Shown here piece by piece: positions 48,406 through 63,400 of a stretch of 64,000 nucleotides of DNA (positions are counted from its first letter, which is position 1; each line of letters opens with the position of its first letter). The DNA comes from Macrostomum lignano (Eukaryota), in the NCBI GenBank assembly GCA_002269645.1, contig NIVC01003894.1:1-64000 (forward strand), given 5' to 3'. The notes beneath the pieces were generated by a model, which worked only from the letters and a program-made list of their open reading frames with translations, was not told the origin of the DNA and searched no databases. Made by a program: the position numbers and the translations under genes.

Positions 48406-50407
48406 CAAACACGGTTGAACATTATAAAGTCCCGACAAATTGACTCGAATCAGGCGAATAGGGCGAAAGTTTTCTTCCATCTTTTGGGCCTCCGGCCATG
48501 CAGTTATTTTTTTAGCTCTTCATGCTTGCTCTGCAAAACTTCAAAGCACAGCCGCCTGTCTTTTTATAGCAATCCACTGAACCCTTGTAAAGTTTAGCAA
48601 CAACTCCGTAAGAAGCCAGTTGGCTACTGCTGCAGTCGTTTTCGGAGTGTTTGGCCAATACTATAATAGACAAATTGACACAAAGAACCGGCTCTCATTG
48701 ACTGAAGTCAGTCCTGCAGGAACAGCCGCTCCGTGCAGACACTTCATGCTTGACAGTCCAGATTGTTTACTCGGATGCGCCTGAATGGCTAAATGAAGCG
48801 GCTGCTGTGCCACCATGTTTACGGAAAATCAAGAGAATGCACCCTCCGCAGCCCCCAAATAACAGTTTAAGAAGCTGACATCTGATGGTTTTGACATCAC
48901 AGGAGCCGCATGCTGCATGCGAGGCTTCCCTCGCTTCAACAAATTCCACTTTGAAGTTGCTGCCGGAGGCCACCTAATTTGAATTAGTGCCGCCCACGCA
49001 CTGGTGCAAAGCATTATTCCGAGTGATCCGTATACAGCTTATTGTTGGCAGCTCTATTCTACATGTATGCAGCAGTCAGATGTACATGTAGAGATACATG
49101 TGGTTGTGGAAGTTTAGACGACGATCGAATGTCATATCTCGTACAGCAGTCCGGCGTCAGCGACGTCTGGCTGCGACGTTCTTGACGTCTATCGACGTCG
49201 GATGACAATAAATATGTGCTTATTATGTTACATATCGACGAACGTCAAAATGTATCTGCCATTACGTCGGAAACATCGGCAACAAGACGTCGCCGACGTC
49301 GGATTTCTGTACGGGTATACAAAGGACCATATACAGTGGTCCTTAAAATTAAAACCTCATACAACTTAAAATTGCTAAAGCGAGGACCCATTGTATCATA
49401 ATGTTACCTTTTGCTATATTTCATTTGCAAGTCAACAGTTGAGTTAACAGTCTAAAAAACACCGGCTTTAATGCGTATAAACAAGACAAAAATAAAGGAA
49501 CATTATGGCTTATTTTTTGGGCTGTCATCTAGTGACTTTATTAAGGAAATTCAATATTTATACTATTGCAAAGAGAAAAATTTATTGTTAACGAAGAAAC
49601 ATATCTTATTATTTTGACTTCCATTTTCGTAAGCATTTTTTTCATTTTTGCTTTAGTTGTACGTACGGTCCTGTCCTGCAGCAGCACTGGGCAGTGACAA
49701 TTATATTAGTATATTGCCTGTAGAACTGTAAAACTTCATATTTAATATGGCTGTTTGAACCGCGTAGCTGCATAGTTGGGTTACAGTCATTTCGGCGAAA
49801 AGACACTTTCGCCAATAATGTAACCGGCACCTGCATTATTATCTGTACTGTTAAGTGTAGTATGGTTGTGACTGTGAGGGATACCCGTTGTGAGTAGGTT
49901 TGAGTATGTTTGAGTATTGGTTAAAGAATTTAGCTATCTCCTTACATTAATCTTATTCTTAGGTTATGTCTTAGGGTTATGTCTGGCATAAGGCACCCAC
50001 CTTTAAAAGCTTAAAATTATTCAACTTGTTTAGTATGGCCTTGCATGAGGCATGAGCTATCTTTTTTCTAGTTAGTCTATATAGACTATATACAGTAAAA
50101 GCTTCTGTAGCTTAGCTTAGCTGCTCATAATTGCTGATGCCCAAATAGAAAGTCAATTTTATACATAATTAGGCCTAGACAGATCCAGCATGCAGCATAG
50201 ACTTCTTGCATAGAGTTAGAAGAAAAAAACCATGTACTATTATTTAGGTTTATAGTAAATAGGCCTTAGTGTTGCATTTAGCACAGGTTTAAAAAGTGTA
50301 CAAGACAGGTTTTGATGGGCATGATGTCTAGCCTATTTTATTATTAAGTTACAGGCCCTAATACAATATGAAAGAAGGCACATTAAATTGAACACTTGTT
50401 ATAATAC

Positions 50408-50558
50408 TTGGGAGCAACCTAAGGATTTTCCCAGCCATTTCTATTGGCAACACACATTTAAGTTGCTATTAGACAGAATAATAGTCACGTGACTGCTCTT
50501 AGCCAATAGCGAATTATATGTGCATGTTGCCAATAGAAATTGCCAAGTGATTCCCAAG
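50408..50558. repeat. ~150-bp palindromic (hairpin) element
   Basis: Perfect 16-bp IR atttctattggcaaca (50437-50452) / tgttgccaatagaaat (50525-50540) around the central palindrome agtcacgtgact. Confidence 0.6.
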
Positions 50559-53506
50559 GTCACGCATGTATATTTAATTATATATCATTGGTACTGTAAA
50601 GTATTATATTCTTTTTTTATGAAATTCCTTTGAAAAGGTTTTTCTAATGCTAAATATTGCATGTGCATAGATATATATCATATGTATCCCACCCTTCTAT
50701 ATATATACTCTTATATACATTGTATAAGTTATATCTTTAATGAAAGTTGTATGAATAGGTTCACTTTTTTCTATATAGAATATATTTCAATTTTTTTGCA
50801 TTAATTCTATTTATGTTAAAATAAGAACTAGGAAAAATTTGTTGTTATCTAACTAATTTTATTATTAAATAGAATAAATGTTAAATAGATTCTATTTTAG
50901 CCTTTTAATTTAAGGTAGCCTATAAAAACAATCTTTATAGATTTGATTATTTTTAGAATCTATAAAAAATAAATAGCATTTCAGTTTATTAGCCTAACAA
51001 TATTTAATATGACAATTAATATAATCAGATATAAGATTAGCCTTCCTTTTAAGAACTATAAGGAAAAACTTATTAAAGTATTATTTGTTATTAAATATTA
51101 TCTATGCTATATTAGGCTTTTCTTATATAAAAACAATTATCAAATACACCTAAAACTAAAGATATTATGAAATAAATTTATTCCAATAATTAAGTCTATA
51201 AGTATAGAATATATTACTTAACTTAATAATATGAAATTAAGATACCAAGTCATTTATATGAAAAAGAATTTCTAAACATTCTTTGCTTGTAGAAAAAAAA
51301 CTAAATATTAAAATATTTTAGTTATGTTTAAAACTCAAATAAAGTCCTTCTATATGATCTTTGCCTTGCTCTATGCATTTCTGATGATAGTAAATCCATG
51401 CCTTAAAGGCTACACAATACTCAATAGCTAGCATAGTCTTGAGCTCTAAATTGATACAGCAAACTAGATCTTAAGGTTGCTAAAAAAATGGTACCCTACC
51501 CTGTATTCTATTAGCTTTGAGAAGGCTCAGAAGTTATTTCTTAAAGTAATTAAAAAATAGATCCACAACACCAATGCAAAATAAAGTAGTTCAAATGCAC
51601 AGTAAACAAGACAAAAGTATAAAAAAGTACAATGCAATGCAACATTGTTCCAATGCATAATGCAAAAAATTATAATTTGAAAAAGTATGAAGCATGGTAG
51701 AAAATAATAGATAGTAACCAATATTTTGAAACATTCTAAACATTCTAAAACTCTATATTCAAAGTCTTAAATGATACTTACATTATTCCTATAGTATTGC
51801 ACCACATTAATCTGGCCACACTTCTAGCATTGTCACTTATCAATTGCAGCATGCCATAAAATGTGATACTACCCTCTATTGCAACACAATATTGCTTGCC
51901 TTCTTAAATCTGCACAATATGACACTGAAAAATATTTAATAGGTGATAGACAACCATCCACATTGTTTAACTTATTCCAATTAAGAAAGTCACAAGGTTC
52001 CAAGTTAGGGCTAAGGCTTTAAGGTGGTTGCAGTATAACCTTAAGCTTATTGTCTACCATTTGCCTTATAAGAACCAAGGACCAAAGACAATATAATAAA
52101 ACCATTCTTTATTACCTGTCACAATGTCAATAAGTTGCTTGGTACCACTTTCACCAAAGTAGGATAGAAATTCTTGGCTATATGAAACTTTCTTTTGCTT
52201 CTGCTTCAAGGCTTAATAGTCAGCACATAAGGCAACTAGCCAGCAATGACCTTGCAAAGGCTAAGATGTTCATGCAATATTTGAATTTAAGTTCATTAGC
52301 TCCCGCATTGCTTAGTTATAGATACAATTAGTTTTCCAAAACAAGTATTATTAGTCATAAAGCATAGGCTAGCACTAGTTGATTAAATCTAGTAGACAAC
52401 AGTACAATACAAAAGGGCCTAACCTTCTGTGACTTGAACCAAGTCAAGGTGAATTTTGTGGCATTCTTGCCAAGCAGTGACCTCATGAAAACAAAATTGC
52501 CACTGAGCAATATGTTTTCCATTTTAAGGCTGAAAAAACATACAATATTATAATTAAATAAGTCTAGTAAAATAACAAATTCATGTAATAAGCTAAAGAT
52601 ATACAAATAGACTTATTGTGACACTAGTCATCTGATCAAAAATGTTGCAATTAAATTTTAACAAAAAAGTTATACGCCAATTGCTGAAACTTTTTGCATT
52701 TTAGTATAATAAATAGCTAATATTATATTAGAGATCATATATGATATTCTGACTATGTTTGTTATGAATTTGGGTTGGCAATTAAAAGTTATTATATAAT
52801 AATATAATATTTTGATTGGCTTATATTAGTCTTAGGAATTCATTGGTCTAAAAAGCTTAGTATGTATATGAGAAATATTTTGTTCTTAAGGCATAATCTT
52901 TGCATAATCTCTGTTATTAAGCTAACTTTTGGATAAAGGGCTTTAAAGGTATCTATAATTAACTTGCCATTCTTTTTTAGGTGTATAAAAATTGTTATTT
53001 ACATATCATTTTTATAGCCAAGTACTATATGTACTATAATATAAATAACAAAGTCTATATAAATCCTAACTCAACTATATGTTAAATATTTTTTACATTA
53101 ATAAAGATCAGATGAAAAATATCAATAGTTTAAGAAAAAGTTTTAAAAGATAAGTTGTATGCTCATATTTTCTAGTACTGAAAATATTAATAAAGCTATA
53201 TTGTTTAATTTGTAAATAATAGCTATGGTATCAGACATTTTTTTACTATACAATAATACCTAATTAGTATACTATTATTGGAATGTTTGTTAAAATCTCT
53301 TTTAGCAAAGATCTAAAAGTCTTTGCAAAGATACTAGGATGTAAAATTGAAAAAATGATGAATTCTACAAAAGTATAGCTTCTTATAATAATCATACACT
53401 TTTATTTTTATTCTATTCTTTGAATACCTTGTCATAATCAAATAAAAGTGCACATGCCCATTATTATCAATAGTTTTGTTTTTCATTTGCATGCAAGCCA
53501 TGACTG

Positions 53507-53572
53507 ATGTCTGAAGTTGACACACCAGTCCTCCTTGAAAATATCTCTGAGCTTGCAAAACTTTTGTCTGAG
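53507..53572 (+). CDS. Possible first coding exon of giant coiled-coil gene
   Basis: ATG MSEVDTPVLLENISELAKLLSE then GAG/GTGAG donor. Confidence 0.35.
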
Positions 53573-53746
53573 GTGAGCTTTAGTGTTTATACAATATATT
53601 TGCAAATAGATTCAGGTTTTCTAACAAGCTATGCTATATGAGAGAGGAAAATTGAGCTTTCAAAAGCTTTCTGGCAGGTGAATGCTCGGTCACAATGATT
53701 GACTGGCGCAGAATTAATTTTCCATTTCCCTCTCTCGCCCCTCAAG

Positions 53747-54373
53747 TCTAACCGAGTAGACGGCTATGTGATCAGCCAGTACCACAAGCTCAGGGAGCTG
53801 TTTGGCCGCTATGAGACGGCCCATTCGGTGGAAAGCCAGTTTCGCGTTGTGAGTTTTTTGAACTATAAAAGCCATTTAATTGAAGAAAAACCAAACTAGC
53901 TCTGAATGAAGAATTGAGTTTCAGCCATGACTTGTGCCCCTTCCCTCGTGCAGGCCTCGCCAGACACAGCCATCTGCTCCGAGCATAGCGAAGATGAGCT
54001 GGCCGCGGATGCCAACACTGTGAGTGGAGTGCAGCTCGTTTCTGCTATCGTTTTTTTGCTCATTTTTATATCAAAATAATAGATTTTTATATGGATATTT
54101 TGTAAGAAAATTGTCATTTGGGAGCTGGTGAATTCTACAGTGGTTGGCATCCGGCTGAGTCGTACTAAAACTGCCGCTCAAACCCCCCTCCCCCCAACTA
54201 AACAGTTGCGCATCCTCAACTCTGAGCTGGAGCAGCGCGACCTGGCAATTCAGAAGCTCACGGCGCAGGTCAAGTCGCTATCGGCTGTCAACGAAAAACT
54301 GAACATCGACCTGGAGATGCAGCGGACTGTCGTGTTCGAGGAGATGAAGAACCTATTCGACAAAATTTCCAAG
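53747..54373 (+). CDS. Giant coiled-coil gene, small exons 53747-53848 and 54206-54373
   Basis: AG/GT boundaries, all phase 0; SNRVDGY...QFRV / LRILNSELEQRD...DKISK. Confidence 0.7.
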
Positions 54374-54458
54374 GTTCTCTAACACTGTTCTGACCGTTGG
54401 GATTTCATTTTTTTGTTTTACTGTTGATAGCAAAAAATATATTCTAAATTGGCTTCAG

Positions 54459-57400
54459 ATTCACAGCGAGCTCGAGGAAGACTCGTGCATCCGCAACGCC
54501 ACAGCCGCCATGCTGCTCGGACAGGAGACCATCGAGCGCCTCGTGCGGGTTGTCTGCGACCTCAACGGCGGCGGCGACAGCAGCGCCATCAGACGGCAGG
54601 AGGATCCCGATGCCAGCCTGTCCAGCTTTCTCGCTATGGTCAAGTCAGATCGGCTTGAATACTGTGCATGCCTGCGCCAACGCTGTAGCCTTTCCTCCGG
54701 GCTCTCCGATACCGAGGCGAAAGTTCAGTCGCTTGTTTCAGACATCCAAGCCTTTGAATTGCATGATTCGCAGCTGGACCATCTGAAGCGATACTTGGAG
54801 CTCGACTCAGAGATTCTCAGTCTCAGTCGAAACTGCCTGCGCGGGGACAGCCGCAACATAGATTGGCGGCCCGGTGGGAAGCTGCATCCGAGCCGTTCCT
54901 ACCCGGGGATCGGAGATCAGCTGCCGGGCGTGATCTCCCTCGCTTGCATTGAGCAGTCAGCAGCATTTGCATCTGCCGCTTCTAGCCAGTCAAGTTTGAA
55001 CAAATCTGCTGCGTCTGAGGTCGCTGAGTTCCAGCAGAAAGTAGCCTCACTTTCTCGGTCACTGTCAAAGTCGCTCGATGTATTCCTAGAAAGCCAGCGA
55101 AGGGTTTCTATTTCTGCCGCTGGTCCAACACAGCCTCTTCGACCTAGCAAGAGTGCCGATTGTATTGAAGATTCCGCTGCAGAAGAATTCATAGCCGAAA
55201 TAAATAGTCGTGGGCAAAAACGTGGCATGTGTGACCAGGGCACCCAGTGGGAAGCCCCCATGTTCACATACATGGCAAGCTCTCGCGACTACCTTGATAA
55301 GGACAGCAGTGTTTCCGGTATTCGAGTCAAAAATCTTACTCAAGGTGAAGTCAAAATTCAAGAAAATGTAACAAATTTGGATTCTGAAGAGATGTGTATG
55401 CATACAGTTGTTTCCGAGTCTGCAGTACCGTCAGTCGTTTTTAATGTTTCATCAGATCGGCCCCATAAGCTTGAAAAGGGTACAGAATACATGAAAACTA
55501 CCACAGCTGCAGTTGGTACTTTGACGGACGAGACTGGTCCACTGCTTACTACTGACATTGCTACAGGACGCGAGCGGACATGTAACGCCGCAGTTGAATT
55601 TGTCCCATGTTTTAACAGCGTTGATGTAGCTACTCTAACCTCTTTAGAACTTTGTGATGCATCTATAGAATGCCAACAAGTCTTTAAACAGGATGCCTCT
55701 GTGGACAACATCAGACAGTTTAGCAGCCGCTACACGTCAACAGACGTTTCTGATACTTCTGATGCATCTACTGAGTTTAACGAAGTTTCAAGTGTCGAAG
55801 CATCTGTAACATGTTCTAATCTGCTCATCAGTGTTGCCGTTTCCACAGAGCATCCGCTAGTATCTGACGCAATTGTTGGAAGCGATATAGAGTTCTCTTG
55901 CTGCGAAAAAGCTGTCCAGTCTGTAAAAAATGCAAAAGAAGCGAGCATTTCGACGGATGTCCTTCTGATGTCTGACGCAAGTACAGACTGTGAATGCCCT
56001 TCTAGAAGAGAAGCTGCTTCTGAATGTACTATTCAAGTTAAAAACGCTAGCTGCGGTGCTGAGCGTATTGAAGAAGCTACCAACTGCGATGAAATTGTTG
56101 TTCACGATGCAGCCATTGAATGTACGGTCGTATTGTCAAGTTCATATGTATCCACAGAGACCATTGAGATATCCGATGCTGGTACAAATTGTGAGCCAAA
56201 GATTGTGAAAGATGCAGCTATTGACTGTTTATTGACAGTAAGAAATGCAGATTTATCCACAGAAGTAATTCGCATGACGGAGACAAGCACCAACACGCCA
56301 AATCGTACTTCAACAGGAACTATTACTGATTCTTGTTTTAGTGGCTCCATGGACGTAGGCACGGATACACCTTTTGATAATTTCGCTGAAGCCACTCAGT
56401 GCGCGGGCGGTGAAGGAGTTAAAGGAAAAGATGTAAAAGTATGCACGCCACAATTGGAAAGATTTGAAGCAAGTACAGATGGCACTGAGATGGCAGCTGA
56501 TCAAGAAAGCCTAGCACAAGTCTTTGAGAGCTCTGATTTACGACAACCTGCTGATATAGCTACACATTATCAAAGTACCTCCAAAGTTAGCGATGCTATT
56601 AAAGGCAATGAAGCTACTACTACATCGACTGCACTCCTTGATAGTGGCTTTGTATGCAGAGAAATAAAAGCAACTAGCGATGCAAGTACGACCGCGAAAA
56701 TGGAAGCCGACACGCGTGTGTTGGTTGATGCAAGCACCGAGAGTTTTAATCAAGCGCTAGTCAATGCAGAAGTGGATTGTTCAATCAGAGTTACTAGTGT
56801 ATGTGTATCAACTGATGCTTTTCAAAGTCGTGATGCATACACGATTGTTTCTAGCAGCGATGCAAGCATGGACTCAGAGCTGGGAATTTCCAAAGCTAAA
56901 GTGTTAATGGACAGCCAAAAAAACACTGATGCTTCATCAGCACCGAAACATTCTTTTGATCTAGTTGATCATACTGTAGTACATCCGCTTTTTTGCGATG
57001 CGTATTCGGCCACAGACAAAGCTATTCTAATTGATGCGAGTACCGATACAGAATTGGACTCTGGTTTCCCTGGATTCCCAGTAGCTGCAGAAATGCTTGA
57101 TGCTAGCGTTCAATGTGCTTTTGCATATAGTTCAGATAGTGTTCGCGAATTTTTTGGCGCTCAAAACAGTAAGTTCAAAATTGAAGCCGACAATGAGTCT
57201 ACGGTCCATATAATGCATATAAAGGAGCGAAAGATGCAACAAAAAAATAGTTCTGATTCCGCTCAAGCAGCTGATCAAGGTGCCTTAGGCGCAGCTAATA
57301 CATTCATTGTGTCAGATGCTAGTACTCAAAGTGCAATGAGAAAAACTCGCAGTTGCAAAGAATTGTTTACAAGTGCTTTTAATTCTTCAGGTGCTCAGCC

Positions 57401-60400
57401 AATATTTCCAAGTTCAAACGTTAGTGATTTGCAAGAAGGAAGCGGTGCTCCATCAGATGCTAGTTTAGAATTTCGCAAGCCTCTGCTATCCGATTCTTCA
57501 GTTGATTGTACAATCATGACCGTTGATGCTCACACAACCACAGAATACTTTACTGCACCGGATATCCAGTATGCAGAAAATATGACTTCAGGCACTGATC
57601 CATCCAGTACTTGTGTTCCTTCTCGGACTGAAAATACTCGCGGTTTTTTTCACGACCAGGCATCTGTTTCTGATAATAATGACCCGGCAAGAGAAAGCGC
57701 TTCCATTGCGGAGAGCAAAGTGGATTTTCCAACAGTTAAGAGCCTCTCAGAAAGCGGTTTTGTAACATCAGATCCTGCATGTGCCGAGACAGTTTTCAGA
57801 CAATTTGATGCAGCCTTAATGACACAACCGAGATTCGGAGCAGCTAATGAATCAGTTCTTGAAGTACCAACATATTTCCAATCCGACGAGGCAAAGAATC
57901 ATGCTGTCTCTGCACCAAGCTCACTTCAAATGGAAGTCATGCATGATTATGTTCAAGGTGACGCAACATTTGAGTTGGACACCACCCAACAGCCTTTAAT
58001 GTGACCGCTCGCAATTCTATGTCTGTTGAAACACAGACAGAAGTTCTAAGCCACCAAACCTTCGTGGAACGATACAACGAAGAGATGAAAGTTGTCCTTC
58101 GTGACCTAAATATGCAAGTGTTCACTCTGTCTAACCAGAATATCAGTCTATCTGATGAGAACAGAGGTCTCAAAGAAGCGCTTGATTTTACACGATCCCT
58201 TATTGATGAATTTGAGTTGGAAGTATGTCGACTCTCTGATGAGCGGCAAGCCTTACGAGCTGAGTCAGAAACTAAGGACGTAAATCTTTCTCAGGCTAGT
58301 AATCACATCAAACAGCTCGTTGATCGATTGACCTGTTTGCAGACCGAAATTGATAAAGTGGGCGAAAAAGTATCAAAGGACTTCAATCAGCAAATTGGAC
58401 TGCTGCCATCTGTAAACGGAGACTTATTGGCTAGACTTGATCGCTTATCGTTGGACGTTCTTGAGAAAAAATGTATTCTTGAAACTATTTCGAGGCAACT
58501 CAAAAATCGCACATTTTTGAGAGCACCATTTAAAAGAGGGCAGCAAAAATCCGAATTCAATATACTAGATGAGCTTGATCACCTTATTTCTAGCCACGAC
58601 CGAGCGTTGCAATCAGAATCCGAAATCCGTCGCCAGAATACATACCTTGAGGAGCTTTTGCGCATTAAGGACTCAAAATTAGTACAACTGGTAGAATTAA
58701 ATCAAAGTCTGGAACAAAATATGGAGATACTTCGAGAAAAGTTACAGAGTTTCTTAGTAGATACGAGTTCTCAGCATCATGTTAGTACTACAGCCCTCGC
58801 TCAATGTGAGGAATTTTTCGAAGAAAACGAGTTCTCGCATGATTTAGAGTATACATGCACATCGGAAACTGTTGGCCTTATAGATAGTAGTGGCTATACA
58901 CTTCACGAAACAAGCGATCTTGGTGTTGCACATCAAATAGACGAATACACACAGCGCAAAAGTAGTGCGCTATTTGGACTTCAAACGGAAACCAACGAAA
59001 TTATCAGGCTCTCGTCCAAAACATTTCGAATCAGAAGATGTGAGAGCTTACCCAATATTCTAATTTCAGCAAGCATGCCACCTGTTCTAAGTATAGATCA
59101 TACGATTCGAAAGATAATTGGACAAAAAGAGGAAAATTTAGCTCAAAATGCAGGCACAGGACATGCCAGCACCAGCGCAGAACTCGAGTTTGCTGATGCA
59201 TCCAGTGGACTAAGCGAAGAGAGAGCTGATGCCAGCACAGACGTAAAGCTGGAATTTGCAGATGCATCGAGCAGACTAAGCGACGAGAGAGTTGATGCCA
59301 GCACAAGCGCAAAACTCGAAGTTGCTGATGCGTCGAGTAGTGCAACTAAAGAAAGTATCGACGCAAGCACAAGCGCAAAAGTCAACATTGCTGATGCATC
59401 CAGTGGACTAAGCAAAGAGAGAGCTGATGCCAGCACCAGCGCAAAGCTCGAATGTGCTGATGCATCGAGCGGACTAAGCAAAGAGAGAGCTGATGCCAGC
59501 ACCAGCGCAAAGCTCGAATTTGCTGATGCATCGAGCGGACTAAGCAAAGAGAGAGTGATGCCAGCACCAGCGCAAAACTCGAATTTGCTGATGCATCGAG
59601 CGGACTAAGCAGAGAGAGAGCTGATGCCAGCACCAGCCCAAAGGTCGAATTTGCTGATGCATCGAGCGGACTAAGCAAAGAGAGAGCTGATGCCAGCACC
59701 AGCGCAAAGCTCGAGTTTGCTGATGCATCGAGCGGACTAAGCAAAGAGACAGTTGATGCCAGCACAGACGCAAAACTCGAGTATGCTGATGCATCGAGCG
59801 GACTAAGCGAAGAGAGAGTCGATGCCAGCACCAACGCGAAACTCGAAGTTGCTGATGCTTCGAGTAGTCCAACTAAAGAATGTATCGACCCAAGCACAAG
59901 CGCAAAACTCGAAATTGCTGATGCATCCAGTGAACTAAGTGAAGAGAGAGCTGATGCCAGCACAAGCGCCAATATCGAAGTTGCTGAAGCATCGAGTGGA
60001 CTAAGTGAAGAGAGAGCTGATGCCAGCACAAGCGCAAAGCTCGAATTTGCTGATGCATCCAGTGGACTAAGTGAAGAGAGAGCTGATGCCAGCACAGACG
60101 CAAAACTCGAGTATGCTGATGCATCGAGCGGACTAAGCGAAGAGGGAGTTGATGCCAGCACCAACGCGAAACTCGAAGTTGCTGATGCTTCGAGTCGTCC
60201 AACTAAAGAAAGTATCGACGCAAGCACAAGCGCAAAACTCGAAATTGCTGATGCATCCAGTGGACTAAGCGACGAGAGAGTTGATGCCAGCACAAGCGCT
60301 AAACTCGAATTTGCTGATGCATCCAGTGGACTAAGCAAAGAGAGAGTTGATGCCAGCACAGACGCAAAACTCGAGTATGCTGATGCATCGAGCGGACTAA

Positions 60401-63400
60401 GCGAAGAGAGAGCTGATGCCAGCACAAGCGCAAAACTCGAAATTGCTGATGCATCCAGTGGACTAAGCGAAGAGAGAGTTGATGCCAGCACAAGCGCAAA
60501 ACTCGAAGTTGCTGATGCGTCGAGTAGTTCAACTAAAGAAAGTATCGACACAAGCGCAAAACTCGAAATTGCTGATGCATCAAGTGGTTTTACTCAAGAA
60601 GGTGTTGACGCAAGCACAAGCGCAAAAGTCAACATTGCTGATGCATCCAGTGGACTAAGCAAAGAGAGAGCTAATGCCAGCACCAGCGCAAAACTCGAAT
60701 TTGCTGATGCATCGAGTGGACTAAGTGAAGAGAGAGCTGATGCCAGCACAAGCGCAAAGCTCGAATTTGCTGATGCATCGAGCGGACTAAGCAAAGAGAG
60801 AGCTGATGCCAGCACAGACGCAAAACTCGAGTATGCTGATGCATCGAGCGGACTAAGCGAAGAGAGAGTTGATGCCAGCACAAGCGCAAAACTCGAAGTT
60901 GCTGATGCATCCAGTGGACTAAGCGAAGAGAGAGTTGATGCCAGCACAAGCGCAAAACTCGAAGTTGCTGATGCGTCGAGTAGTGCAACTAAAGAAAGTA
61001 TCGACGCAAGCACAAGCGCAAAACTCGAAATTGCTGATGCATCCAGTGGACTAAGCGAAGAGAGAGTTGATGCCAGCACAAGCGCAAAACTCGAATTTGC
61101 TGATGCATCCAGTGGACTAAGCAAAGAGAGAGCTGATGCCAGCACAAGCGCAAAACTCGAATTTGCTGATGCATCGAGCGGACTAAGCAAAGAGAGAGTT
61201 GATGCCAGCACAAGCGCAAAACTCGAAGTTGCTGATGCATCGAGTAGTGCAACTAAAGAAAGTATCGACGCAAGCACAAGCGCAAAAATCAAAATTGCTG
61301 ATGCATCCAGTGGACTAAGCGAAGAGAGAGTTGATGCCAGCACAGACGCAAAACTCGAAGTTGCTGATGCGTCCAGTGGACTAAGCAAAGAGAGAGCTGA
61401 TGCCAGCACAAGCGCAAAACTCGAATTTGCTGATGCATCCAGTGGTTTTACTCAAGAAGGTGTTGACGCAAGCACAAGCGCAAAAGTCAACATTGCTGAT
61501 GCATCCAGTGGACTAAGCGAAGAGAGAGATGATGCCAGCACAGACGCAAAACTCGAAGTTGCTGATGCGTCCAGTGGACTAAGCAAAGAGAGAGCTGATG
61601 CCAGCACAAGCGCAAAACTCGAAGTTGCTGATGCGTCCAGTGGACTAAGCAAAGAGAGAGCTGATGCCAGCACCAGCGCAAAACTCGAAGTTGCTGATGC
61701 GTCGAGTAGTGCAACTAAAGAAAGTATCGACGCAAGCACAAGCGCAAAACTCGAATTTGCTGATGCATCCAGTGGTTTTACTCAAGAAGGTGTTGACGCA
61801 AGCACAAGCGCAAAAGTCAACATTGCTGATGCATCCAGTGGACTAAGCAAAGAGAGAGCTGATGCCAGCACAAGCGCAAAACTCGAATTTGCTGATGCAT
61901 CGAGCGGACTAAGCGAAGAGAGAGTTGATGCCAGCACAAGCGCAAAACTCGAATTTGCAGATGCATCGAGCGGATTAAGCGAAAAGAGAGCTGATGCCAG
62001 CACAAGCGCTAAAGTCGAAATTGCAGATGCATCGAGTGGTCCAACTAAAGAAAGTATCGACGCCAGCACAAGCACAAAGATCGAATTTTCTGATGCTTCC
62101 AGTGGATTCACTGACGAGAGAATTGAGACAAGCGCGAGCACAAAACTTGAATTGCCTGTTGCCTCGATTGGCCAAACTGAAAAACCAGATTTAACAGATA
62201 CTCTTGTCACAAGTTCATATATTTTCGCTAAAGATAAGTTGAAGGCGTCCCTAAGCATGAGTGATCTTCATTTGCTACGTCAGGAATCAGAGAATCAACC
62301 CTTCGAGTCGTCTACTAAGGCATCTGCTTCACTCAAGAAACCAGTTATTCATGAGGATTTAACTAATACAGCTAATTGGAGTGGTTCAAAGAGGCAATCT
62401 GGTTTAGACTTTTTGTTATCCTCTTTTATCGGCCCTAGATGTAATAGTCGCTGTTTAGACAAGGTGGCTCTAAACACACGATTAATTTCTCAGTCTGAAA
62501 GTTGCCTCGCAGTTGTTTCCTTGTCCTGTGATGCCTTCTGTCAAACGGATTCACCAGTCATGCCAGCTACATCAGCTTCATCAGAAGATTCCCATCAAAG
62601 AGTTGTTGAGCTCGGGCAAATTGCCTGGAACTCCGTCGCAGCAAACACGTTGAATTTGCACTCCGATGTCGATGAATCTGAAGACGATTTTTATTCTGTT
62701 TCATCTGATATTCAACACATTGGACCAGATTATTCGTTTTTAGAGAGCCCTAACTCTAAATTTGAATTTCGCCAACTTCAAGACTTGTATGAAAATGCGC
62801 TCAAAGAGAAAGAGACAATGCACAAGAAGCTTGAAGCTCTTGTAAACCGATCGGCCGAACTTGAGCAGACAATTGACTTAGTTGCCGAGCGTGAGCGCAT
62901 TCTTAGTGCGACAAATCGATCGTTAATGGAAGAAAAGGAAGTTCTAGAAGCGCGGTTAGAAATTTTGAGACACGAAAGGTCATCAATAGCCATTAATAAT
63001 TCTAAATTGCAGGAATCACTTAGTTCGACTGAGCGGTTAAATAGCCAATTAAAGGCCGAAAGTGATGCCCTTCTAGCTGCAAAAAAGAATGCTGTGGCGG
63101 AGCAGGACCAATTGAGGGCTCATATAGATTCCATGAAATCAGAATTGTCCACACTGCACCAACTAATAGCCGAGGTAAAATCAGCAGAGGCTATCCTGCA
63201 GGAAAATAAGGAGCACCAGGCGCAGCAAATTCTTGCGGCAAATGATACGATCAAAGAAATGTCAATTGAAAAAGCTGCTCTTCAAGAAGAACAGCGTAAA
63301 ATTGAGCAAAAGAATAAGAAGTTAGAAACTACGCTGAGAGCAACCGAATCAAAGTTCCAAGAGCTTTTGGACTCTCGAACTAAAGTCTATGAAGAAAAGC

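Noticed and set aside
49143-49290. Cluster of gacgtc/CpG-rich imperfect palindromes
   Set aside because: No clear termini, TSD or second copy in the window.
59031-62258. Long minus-strand ORFs (LASALSLLSPLDASA...)
   Set aside because: Antisense of the 66-bp coding repeat; the plus-strand frame is continuous with flanking unique coding sequence.
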